A DNA stretch of 15,886 nucleotides, taken from contig CAZALK010000033.1 in assembly GCA_964486045.1 (NCBI GenBank), positions 1 to 15,886 of the forward strand, read 5' to 3'. Below the pieces are notes generated by a model. That model had not been told where the DNA came from. It saw only the letters and a list, made by a program, of their open reading frames with translations, and searched no databases. Positions 8,302-15,234 of the stretch are shown here, piece by piece. The position numbers and the translations under genes were made by a program. The DNA is from an uncultured archaeon. Lineage in GTDB: Archaea > Asgardarchaeota > Lokiarchaeia > Sigyniarchaeales > SOKP01. Each line of letters starts with the position of its first letter. Positions within the stretch are counted from its first letter, which is position 1.

Positions 8302-8589
8302 TTGATATTTTCTTTAAAAATTATTATAGATGAAGATAAAAACGTCTCCTTAGTAATAAGTAAGACTCCCGAATTAGCCAAACTTTTAAAGAGTACAATA
8401 AACGTCTTAGAGATTAGCTTTCCTCATGTACGGATCACATCCCGTAATGATCATTATCAAATTGCAGGGATTGAAGGTACAGGTGCGTTTTCCACTATTA
8501 AATCAATAATCGAGGAGGTGTTTATCAGGTATGTTGATGATGTTGATGACTCCGAACCATCTGAATTTGAAAAGTTTTTTATGATTTAA
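8302..8589 (+). CDS. Hypothetical protein (95 aa)
   Basis: GGAGGT SD at ~8287-8292 before the TTG start; plausible alpha/beta composition with an acidic tail. Confidence 0.75.
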   Translation: MIFSLKIIIDEDKNVSLVISKTPELAKLLKSTINVLEISFPHVRITSRNDHYQIAGIEGTGAFSTIKSIIEEVFIRYVDDVDDSEPSEFEKFFMI

Positions 8590-8672
8590 CACTCAAAGAT
8601 TTATAATTTTGTCCAGTCTATGTTATAATAAGGTAAGAATGAAATCAGAATACTAATCTGAGGTAATAATCG

Positions 8673-9557
8673 TTGATCTCACTTACAACTCTATTAAAAC
8701 GGATACCTGATAGATCTACTCTTTCAGAGTACCTTCCCCCCCTTAAATTTCCGGTATTAAGCCACCCATTATTAAACCCTTATCCAGATTGGATAAACCA
8801 ATTTAAAGCGTGGGGAATATTTGGTACTTTTTCTGATTATGTTATTCGAAAGATACTGTTAAATCTATTCCCTACCAAAGTTAAAAACTTAAAGACTATT
8901 GCAGAAGAGGGTTATTATACTCTGGTTGCCACCATTGGAGCAAAAGATAATTCATTTCTTGATACTGTTTTACCCGATATCCCCGAAGAAGATCTATTGA
9001 GATATGCTGAGGAAATGGAACGATCTTTAGATAATTTCTATGATCGAGAAGTATATTGGAAATCAGAGCTCGATGAAATTTATAGAATGTCCTGTTTAGA
9101 TAAGATAGAAAGAAACAATGAGTTGGTGATGCCCCAATTTTCAGAGAGGCAAATCAAAGAATGTGTTCCTTTTTTCGAGCATTTAGAACAGTGGCTTGAA
9201 TATAGGTTTAAAGACTCCAATAACTTTTTCCTCAATCCAATCTTAGGACATACGAGTACCATAGCTGCCGATGCCGACTTGTTAATAGACTCAGCTCTTT
9301 ATGAAATAAAGACTGTTAAATACCCCACTTCGTACATAGAAAATGAGTATCATCAATTATTTGGGTATGTAAGTCTCTTCGAAAACCAGAAAGAAAATAA
9401 CCTCAGCTCATTTCGAGAATGGGAGGATCTGGACACTATTGGATATATTTTTCCATTACATCTGCAATTAATTACCATGGATATTTCTTCATGGAAAAAA
9501 AAAGAAAGATCGGAGTTTTTGTCTAGGTTATTATATTATGCTAAGATTTATGCATAG
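8673..9557 (+). CDS. PD-(D/E)xK superfamily nuclease (RecB-like QxxxY motif)
   Basis: LNPILG...ADADLLID (motif II), YEIKT (motif III) and HQLFGY. GAGGT SD upstream of the TTG. No Cas4-type four-cysteine cluster. Confidence 0.75.
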   Translation: MISLTTLLKRIPDRSTLSEYLPPLKFPVLSHPLLNPYPDWINQFKAWGIFGTFSDYVIRKILLNLFPTKVKNLKTIAEEGYYTLVATIGAKDNSFLDTVLPDIPEEDLLRYAEEMERSLDNFYDREVYWKSELDEIYRMSCLDKIERNNELVMPQFSERQIKECVPFFEHLEQWLEYRFKDSNNFFLNPILGHTSTIAADADLLIDSALYEIKTVKYPTSYIENEYHQLFGYVSLFENQKENNLSSFREWEDLDTIGYIFPLHLQLITMDISSWKKKERSEFLSRLLYYAKIYA

Positions 9558-9663
9558 TCAGCAATTTTCGCAATAAATAGTCTCGACTTTTTATTTTTTG
9601 ATTTAATCCCATTTCGTGAAATTCTCTAAATGCATCTACAATCTGATTAACATCCTTACTCAA
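9541..9663 (-). CDS. Possible small protein (40 aa)
   Basis: TTG start: MSKDVNQIVDAFREFHEMGLNQKIKSRDYLLRKLLTMHKS*. It fills an otherwise empty gap but has no clear SD. Confidence 0.3.
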   Translation of the reverse strand: MSKDVNQIVDAFREFHEMGLNQKIKSRDYLLRKLLTMHKS

Positions 9664-9820
9664 AATAACAAATAATAAGGTTATTTTCTCATTTCATAAA
9701 TACTCTTAAATAATTATGTAAAAAATCTTTCTTTCATTCTTCTTTAGTCACTTTTTTCTTTATATACTCCTGATTTCATGATGAAATAATTATCAATTAA
9801 ATAGAATGGAGTGATAGTAT

Positions 9821-9889
9821 ATGGCAATTTTAACCTTAATAGCTTTTATCAGTTATATATTTAGTCCACCCGATGAAGATGCTGAGTAG
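9821..9889 (+). CDS. Possible 22-aa hydrophobic micropeptide
   Basis: MAILTLIAFISYIFSPPDEDAE*, with a GGAGTGA SD at 9808-9814 and a TTTTTTCTTTATATA promoter motif at 9752-9766. Confidence 0.4.
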   Translation: MAILTLIAFISYIFSPPDEDAE

Positions 9890-9983
9890 TGTGAGTCAAT
9901 TCGACCGGGTGAATATTAGAAATAATTGAATATTAAAAATAAAAAAGAAATTTAAACCCACAATTTTACTATACTTTCAGGTT

Positions 9984-10250
9984 TCACAACAAATCTTCTC
10001 CAATCTTATATTTTAAGATATTTTCTACCCGCATCATTAGAAAATCATCATTCATCATATATTTGTTAAACAATACATTATAAACTTGCAGTGTTCTCAC
10101 ATAGAAATTCAAGAGTCCATGAGTTCTTTGATTATTGCCTAAAGGCATTGGTTTTGCTTCCAGTTCCTTTATTATACACTCGAATTTAGTATCTAGATCT
10201 TTGATTAACTCTAATTGTTGTGGTTCTAAAGCACTTACCCTACTTCTCAT
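9984..10250 (-). CDS. Hypothetical helical protein (88 aa)
   Basis: Open frame with ATG preceded by a GAGATGAT SD-like sequence; no recognisable motif. Confidence 0.65.
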   Translation of the reverse strand: MRSRVSALEPQQLELIKDLDTKFECIIKELEAKPMPLGNNQRTHGLLNFYVRTLQVYNVLFNKYMMNDDFLMMRVENILKYKIGEDLL

Positions 10251-10405
10251 CTAATTATCATCTCGTTATAAATTAATTTGTTTTTTTTCTTGTCTTTCAT
10301 ATTATATGACACTCTTATATCTAATTCCAGTTATTCACAATATTAAAATTTTGGTAGGTTACTAATCTTATATTTTTATTATCTTTCTAAATCTCATCTT
10401 TTTTT

Positions 10406-10606
10406 CTAGATGATCTTCTTACTACATTGGGTGCACGATGGTCCAATTACCCATTTGTCATCAGTAGAGATGGGATTAAATTCCTCTTTTATTCTTTCAG
10501 GTATGGAATTCATTCGAACATACTCAGAAAAGCACCGTAAACAGAAGATGTGCCCCATATCGATGTTTCTGTAGCCCACTATTTCCTTTCTTTCTTTTTC
10601 CGTCAT
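10406..10606 (-). CDS. Small zinc-finger-like protein (66 aa)
   Basis: CLRC ... CTQC pairs. Confidence 0.7.
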   Translation of the reverse strand: MTEKERKEIVGYRNIDMGHIFCLRCFSEYVRMNSIPERIKEEFNPISTDDKWVIGPSCTQCSKKII

Positions 10607-10628
10607 TTTCTTAATTATTTGGTCTTAA

Positions 10629-10763
10629 TCAGGTTAACATTTGCGAAAGAACACAGTTATCACATTTAATTTCATCAAATTCTTCCCAATCGTTTCTAAA
10701 CACTTCAATTATCCCCCTTCCACCACGCTTAGAACAGGTTCGGGGTTTTCGAATAGTTAACAT
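10629..10763 (-). CDS. Small, possibly degenerate zinc-finger protein (44 aa; shorter than track ORF 10629..10865)
   Basis: MLTIRKPRTCSKRGGRGIIEV...KCDNC. CSKRGGRG matches CxxCxGxG with the second Cys as Arg (CGT, one base from TGT). The promoter motif TTTTTTCTTTATATA at 10816-10802 favours the ATG at 10763. Confidence 0.5.
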   Translation of the reverse strand: MLTIRKPRTCSKRGGRGIIEVFRNDWEEFDEIKCDNCVLSQMLT

Positions 10764-10837
10764 TTCTCTAAAATGTATCATACTAGACAAAAACACATTC
10801 TTATATAAAGAAAAAATCTCAAAAGGAATTGTAAAAA

Positions 10838-10951
10838 TTAAACGGTTTTGGGCATAAGCCCCCATTTAATGGCTTCCAACATAATATCATAAAAATCGAT
10901 ATCATTTTCACTCTTCTCTGTTTTTCTATTCTGCTTTTTTTTATCCTTCAT
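10838..10951 (-). CDS. Small protein (37 aa), not in the ORF track
   Basis: MKDKKKQNRKTEKSENDIDFYDIMLEAIKWGLMPKTV*, with an AGGTGA SD just upstream. Confidence 0.55.
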   Translation of the reverse strand: MKDKKKQNRKTEKSENDIDFYDIMLEAIKWGLMPKTV

Positions 10952-11137
10952 ATCATATTTCACCTTTAATCTACTTTCAGTTATCCACCTATTTAAAATT
11001 TAGTATGAGTTGAATTTTAAGTTTGGATAAATTAAAATAAAATTTTACAGCGAATTTTTCTTTAAAAGTGTCAGATACAATAATAAAATAATTTATTATG
11101 ACTTGTAAAAAAATTGAGACTCTGAGGTGTGTCATAA

Positions 11138-12202
11138 ATGAAAAAAATTATTGATAGAAAAATAATATTTCTGGGAATGTTAAGTGTTATAGTGTTTTCA
11201 GGGATTTTCTCACCCACAGCAAAAGCCCAAGAATGGACTTACATTGGTGTTGATTCTCAAAAAATCAAAAACTTTTCTGTTTACCCTTCTGAGTGGTATA
11301 TATACGATCAGGGAGTTCCTGATGACTATAGGGCCGTTGAGATTTCGCATGGTAATATTTCTACCATCGGCTTAGATCGTGGTGTTTATGTCTGGGCTAA
11401 TATGTATTCTAAGAATAACACATCTGGAGAAACACAATTTATTGCTCAAGTAAATTGGGGTTATTGGAATGATTCTACATGTGTGTATAAAGGTGGGGTT
11501 ATACCTGTTGAAGACGATGGAAGAATCTCAGAACGGATTTTTGGAAATGTATCTCTTTTTTACCAAGATGCATTTAGCTATAGTAATTTCGAGCAAAATT
11601 ATACTGATTTTAATCTATTATCAATTACTTATTGGAATGAGACCTATAACGACTATTATGCTAGAGTCAATTTTTCAGATAACGGCATTTTGCTTAGTTT
11701 TGAAGCGTTCCCTGTAGGAAACTTTGCTTTAATTTCCCAACCTTCTCGATTACCACCTATGTTCAGTTTCACTACTAATGACGGATTCTTGGATATAAAC
11801 TCCACTAACATAAAGCTCAAGATTAATACGACCGATGCTGATAATAATAATGACGAAATAACAGATACTGATTATTTATACCGCACATTCATAAACTCGG
11901 AATGGACTGATTGGCTTACAATCCCCCCACTAATCGATTATGACTTAGGTTCTGTCTCTTCAGGTGAATATAATATAACATTGGAAGTGAAAAATATGTA
12001 TGGTACCACACAGGAGCAGATCACCGTGCATTACACTGAAAATATCCCCCCTATTGAAACGAAAGATACTATTATCCCTAGCGAATCGATCTTCGGTTAT
12101 TCTGCCATAATAATTATCGTTGTATTGTTCTTTAGTATTTCGGTTAAACTCTTGAGAAGCTTCTTCACCTCCAAATATTGCCATTATTATCCCCTATTTT
12201 AA
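11138..12202 (+). CDS. Secreted cell-surface glycoprotein with a C-terminal membrane anchor (Loki-CTERM-like)
   Basis: Signal peptide (MKKIIDRK-hydrophobic-TAKA/Q), at least ten N-x-S/T sequons and an Ig/PKD-like beta segment (GEYNITLEVKNMYG). The tail reads IFGYS-hydrophobic helix-KLLR. GAGGTG SD upstream. Confidence 0.8.
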   Translation: MKKIIDRKIIFLGMLSVIVFSGIFSPTAKAQEWTYIGVDSQKIKNFSVYPSEWYIYDQGVPDDYRAVEISHGNISTIGLDRGVYVWANMYSKNNTSGETQFIAQVNWGYWNDSTCVYKGGVIPVEDDGRISERIFGNVSLFYQDAFSYSNFEQNYTDFNLLSITYWNETYNDYYARVNFSDNGILLSFEAFPVGNFALISQPSRLPPMFSFTTNDGFLDINSTNIKLKINTTDADNNNDEITDTDYLYRTFINSEWTDWLTIPPLIDYDLGSVSSGEYNITLEVKNMYGTTQEQITVHYTENIPPIETKDTIIPSESIFGYSAIIIIVVLFFSISVKLLRSFFTSKYCHYYPLF

Positions 12203-12392
12203 GTAAGATATTTTAGTATAATACCTTTATTATCACTCATGTTTTAAGCCATATCCCTCCACAGTTTTTTTAGTGGTGATAGTCACTTTTAAGGTTTTTA
12301 TTATTACCTTATCTAAAGTTTCATGCTCTGAATATTTAAATAAAAAAATGTAAATATAGAGTCTAATTAAAACTGTTTTTCTTTATATAGGT

Positions 12393-12623
12393 TTGTTGAG
12401 ATTGGTTTTAATAAACATAACTGATACAGATTTGGCAAGTGTGAGTATAAGCAAAGATGCTAAAATAATTGTATGTAGGGACTGCTATGAGGGAATCATA
12501 GTCTTTGAAAATAGTAGGGGTGACGTTCTTAATCTAAAATTTGTTGATAAGTTCCTAGACAACCACCATAAAGTGGATGTAATGATTTACGAAGATTTTG
12601 TAAACAATGTCGAGAGCCCCTAA
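12393..12623 (+). CDS. Small hypothetical protein with CxxC and HH (likely start TTG 12432)
   Basis: IIVCRDCYEG...DNHH. The promoter motif TTTTTCTTTATATA at 12376-12389 is too close to 12393, favouring the in-frame TTG at 12432. Confidence 0.55.
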   Translation: MLRLVLINITDTDLASVSISKDAKIIVCRDCYEGIIVFENSRGDVLNLKFVDKFLDNHHKVDVMIYEDFVNNVESP

Positions 12624-13081
12624 AGTATTTTACTCAGTAATTTCTTAAGGACTCCTTGTTGCTCTCTCAGAACTTCATTACCAATCAATCCTGCACAATC
12701 TTCTGAAAAAGCATATATAAAATCTTCAATCTGTTGGTTTTTGTTCTGGAAAGGCTCATTAGTGGCTGTCTTTTGCTTTACTATCCTATTTATAACATCG
12801 TACATTACTTCTATAGTCCTCTCAACCAGCTTGACTCTCAATTTAGCTCCAGCGTCAGTCAATTTAAACTCAGTCCGATCATCGCCAGCATGATCACCTT
12901 TCTTAGTCTTTTTCTCAATAGATCCTTCTTGGACTCGTTTGTTTAATTTATTACGAATTGTTTCTGGAGCAATTACGTCAAATTTTTTCCGAATAGCTCC
13001 TGATGTGATATACTTTTTCGGAGATAAAAATAATAGTAACTCAAGGGTATCCAGAGATCCAAATAATATCTTTTCACTCAT
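12620..13081 (-). CDS. Winged helix-turn-helix transcriptional regulator (HxlR/MarR-like)
   Basis: LELLLFL...TSGAIRKKF..IAPETIRNKLNKRVQEGSIEK...RTEFKLTDAG follows the HTH + wing + (Y/F)xLTxxG pattern. Confidence 0.8.
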   Translation of the reverse strand: MSEKILFGSLDTLELLLFLSPKKYITSGAIRKKFDVIAPETIRNKLNKRVQEGSIEKKTKKGDHAGDDRTEFKLTDAGAKLRVKLVERTIEVMYDVINRIVKQKTATNEPFQNKNQQIEDFIYAFSEDCAGLIGNEVLREQQGVLKKLLSKIL

Positions 13082-13116
13082 TTTAAGGCAATATTGTGAA
13101 GTTCGTTATATACTTC

Positions 13117-13173
13117 CGTCTAGATCGTAACAAATGGTTATCTAGAACCTATCATATTTCGATCTAGATCAAA
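13117..13173. promoter_or_regulatory. Array of three TCTAGA-centred palindromes, putative operator
   Basis: TCTAGA starts at 13119, 13141 and 13163 (22-bp period), in the intergenic region between the wHTH gene and the divergent genes. Confidence 0.65.
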
Positions 13174-13274
13174 CTATACTATAAACTTTAAATACTTGAG
13201 TAACTAATTACCTCTTAGATATATATAAATTTGTATATCAAGGAAAGACAATTATATAAAACGAGGGTTTAAAA

Positions 13275-13661
13275 ATTAGTAACTTAGAAAATTACAGGGA
13301 GGTTTTAAGGTTTCTTGAAAAAGAGCCAATTTTAAAGGGAAAGTTTGATAGGTTAAGAAAGTCTTTAGAAGATTTATCGCATGATTTTTCTAAAAATAGG
13401 TTTGAAGCACAGTGTGATAAGTATCTATATTTTTTGGATTTTTTAGGTGAGACTGTTACGCATTATGATGAGATTTTGAAATTTCTTGAAGAAGAGCCGA
13501 TTCTAAAGGTGGAGTTTGATAGGTTAAGAGATTCCTTGGAGTCTTCCTCAGATAATTTTTCAGAACAAAATTTTGAAAGATATTATGAAAATTATCAAGA
13601 ATTACTGAGCTTTTTATGTGAGATAATAGCACTTCCGAAAAATAAGAAGTTTTTAGTTTAA
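13275..13661 (+). CDS. Hypothetical helical protein made of two 57-aa repeats; probable ATT start (extends track ORF 13434..13661)
   Basis: The frame is open upstream of 13434 and encodes NYREVLRFLEKEPILKGKFDRLRKSLE..., a copy of HYDEILKFLEEEPILKVEFDRLRDSLE... lying 171 nt downstream. A GAGGGT SD precedes ATT 13275, and an in-frame TAA lies just upstream. Confidence 0.7.
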   Translation: MSNLENYREVLRFLEKEPILKGKFDRLRKSLEDLSHDFSKNRFEAQCDKYLYFLDFLGETVTHYDEILKFLEEEPILKVEFDRLRDSLESSSDNFSEQNFERYYENYQELLSFLCEIIALPKNKKFLV

Positions 13662-13698
13662 GAATTCTAGAATATTAAATAGGGAATTATTTCAAATT

Positions 13699-14997
13699 AT
13701 GCGGCTTACAAAATCTGCCTTATTAAACACATTTAAGAAAAAAGTACAAAGATTAAGAAAAAAAGTCTCAAAATTTAGTTATGGGATTAACCTCTTCTCT
13801 GGAAAGCCTTTAATATTAGAGAGCTTTCTTGATGAAGCAATCACATTTCAGCCAATAGGGAAGGGAGATATTGATGTTCCATTATCTATTCAGAAGGCTC
13901 CTAAAGTTTTAAGGGAGGCAATAGAATATTTATTTGACATATCGATTCAAGAAGATGAGCCTCAACAAGACGGAAACTTCTATGGAATTTGTTATCATGA
14001 TAAGGAATTAAAATCCAGAATTAGTTTTTCTTTATACGGGTTATCAGAAGATTCAGAGCGAAACTGTTATGTTATAGAGTTACCTGAACCTAACTTTGAT
14101 TTTAAAGCTAAAAAGTCAATATATAATCAGCTTTTTCAAGGTCGGTACCCCAATTCAAAATATACATCCCCAGTATATAGTTTCGCTAGTGATGAATATA
14201 TAGATTCCCTAGCATATAGTTTCAATTCCGGTTATATAGAAACCTATAATTTCAGAGAAGATAATGATTACAGTACCATTACCGATGATTCGGAGAGTTT
14301 TGATTTTACGATATTAAAAGAATTTGTTATAAATAAACACATAACATTAAAGTTGATTCATAATGAGGTAATGGGAAGCTATACAAAGATTTTTGTGAAC
14401 AATATCCCATTTTTACAGTGTGCTTATATTTTACTTAAAGATCCTCAAAATCATGAGTCCCAATCAGAAATAAATTCTATTGATGAAGCTGCTGAAAAAC
14501 TCGATAGTCGTTTGGAGCTCCCGCTTGAACACCCAACCTTAATTTCTCCTGAGACTTTATTTTGGGGGCATTCTTCAAACCTACAAGGATGGGCTGAATT
14601 AGAATATGACACTCGTATTCTTCATTCCAACCTAGCTTTTCCACTATTAAGAAAGTTGGTTAAGGTCGGAGACCTTCAAGCCAAGAGAGTTTTTAGCGAA
14701 GAAATTGCAAAGCGTATCTTAAGTCAGTATCCCCCCGTACTTATTTTTTTAATAAACGAAGGGTATTTAGATTACCTAAACGATTCTGAGTTTGAATTCG
14801 TACTAAAAGAGTTAATCATACAGATTAATATACCACACTCCAGGCTTATTGATGCTAATTTTGCTAAGAGTTTGCTAAATTTGTCTCGGAAATATTTGGA
14901 AGAAGGTTCAGACCGCATCCAATTGCTTTTAAAGGTATATGCCGAACTTAATAAGTTTCTTGTGACAAACGACAATATTAATAATAAGTTTGAATGA
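13699..14997 (+). CDS. Hypothetical protein: unknown N-terminal region + Lokiarchaeia-type domain X
   Basis: EFVINKHITLKL...TKIFVNNIPFLQCAYILL...INSIDEAAE...FWGHSSNLQGWAELEYDTRILHSNLAFPLLRKLVKVGD...VFSEEIAKR...EGYLDYL. Confidence 0.88.
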   Translation: MRLTKSALLNTFKKKVQRLRKKVSKFSYGINLFSGKPLILESFLDEAITFQPIGKGDIDVPLSIQKAPKVLREAIEYLFDISIQEDEPQQDGNFYGICYHDKELKSRISFSLYGLSEDSERNCYVIELPEPNFDFKAKKSIYNQLFQGRYPNSKYTSPVYSFASDEYIDSLAYSFNSGYIETYNFREDNDYSTITDDSESFDFTILKEFVINKHITLKLIHNEVMGSYTKIFVNNIPFLQCAYILLKDPQNHESQSEINSIDEAAEKLDSRLELPLEHPTLISPETLFWGHSSNLQGWAELEYDTRILHSNLAFPLLRKLVKVGDLQAKRVFSEEIAKRILSQYPPVLIFLINEGYLDYLNDSEFEFVLKELIIQINIPHSRLIDANFAKSLLNLSRKYLEEGSDRIQLLLKVYAELNKFLVTNDNINNKFE

Positions 14998-15234
14998 AGA
15001 ATCTTTCCCAGAGTATAATTTTAAATTAATGATTACGGAATTTAAAATTGAGAATTTAAATAAGTAATTTTTATTGATATAAGTTTGATCTGATGATTGA
15101 AGAATTGTTGAATTAGAAAATTCCTTGTCCCATTTTCATTATATTTCCATTAACCATCTTTATCTATATCCCATAATTAACTTTTTAAGTCAGCTCGTAA
15201 TAATAGACTTAAGACAAAAGTGGTGAGGGCTTTA

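Noticed and set aside
8673-9557. Cas4 / CRISPR-Cas locus
   Set aside because: The protein lacks the four Fe-S cysteines, and there is no repeat-spacer array or other cas gene in the window.
9867-9911. SECIS element or hammerhead ribozyme
   Set aside because: The upper helix is weak, there is no same-strand gene with an in-frame TGA nearby, and there is no CUGANGA/GAAA hammerhead core.
10764-10865. 5' extension of track ORF 10629..10865
   Set aside because: It overlaps a better-supported 37-aa gene and contains the promoter motif for the shorter ORF.
4440-12622. Genome-wide reassignment of TAG
   Set aside because: Several genes end at TAG at natural C-termini. The extensions I translated (after 4442, 7230 and 9557) give low-complexity tails or overlap a convergent gene.
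7772-12623. Possible paralogy of the 43-aa ORF (LVICKEYESVVIDKNS) and the 12393 ORF (IIVCRDCYEGIIVFENS)
   Set aside because: The similarity is too short and weak to support without a search.
496-14975. Short track ORFs nested in longer genes (496..681, 1050..1244, 2910..3116, 4766..4960, 5047..5277, 7517..7699, 9080..9262, 11469..11717, 11960..12184, 12734..12946, 12939..13130, 14772..14975)
   Set aside because: They are antisense or alternate-frame shadows of well-supported genes and carry no motifs.
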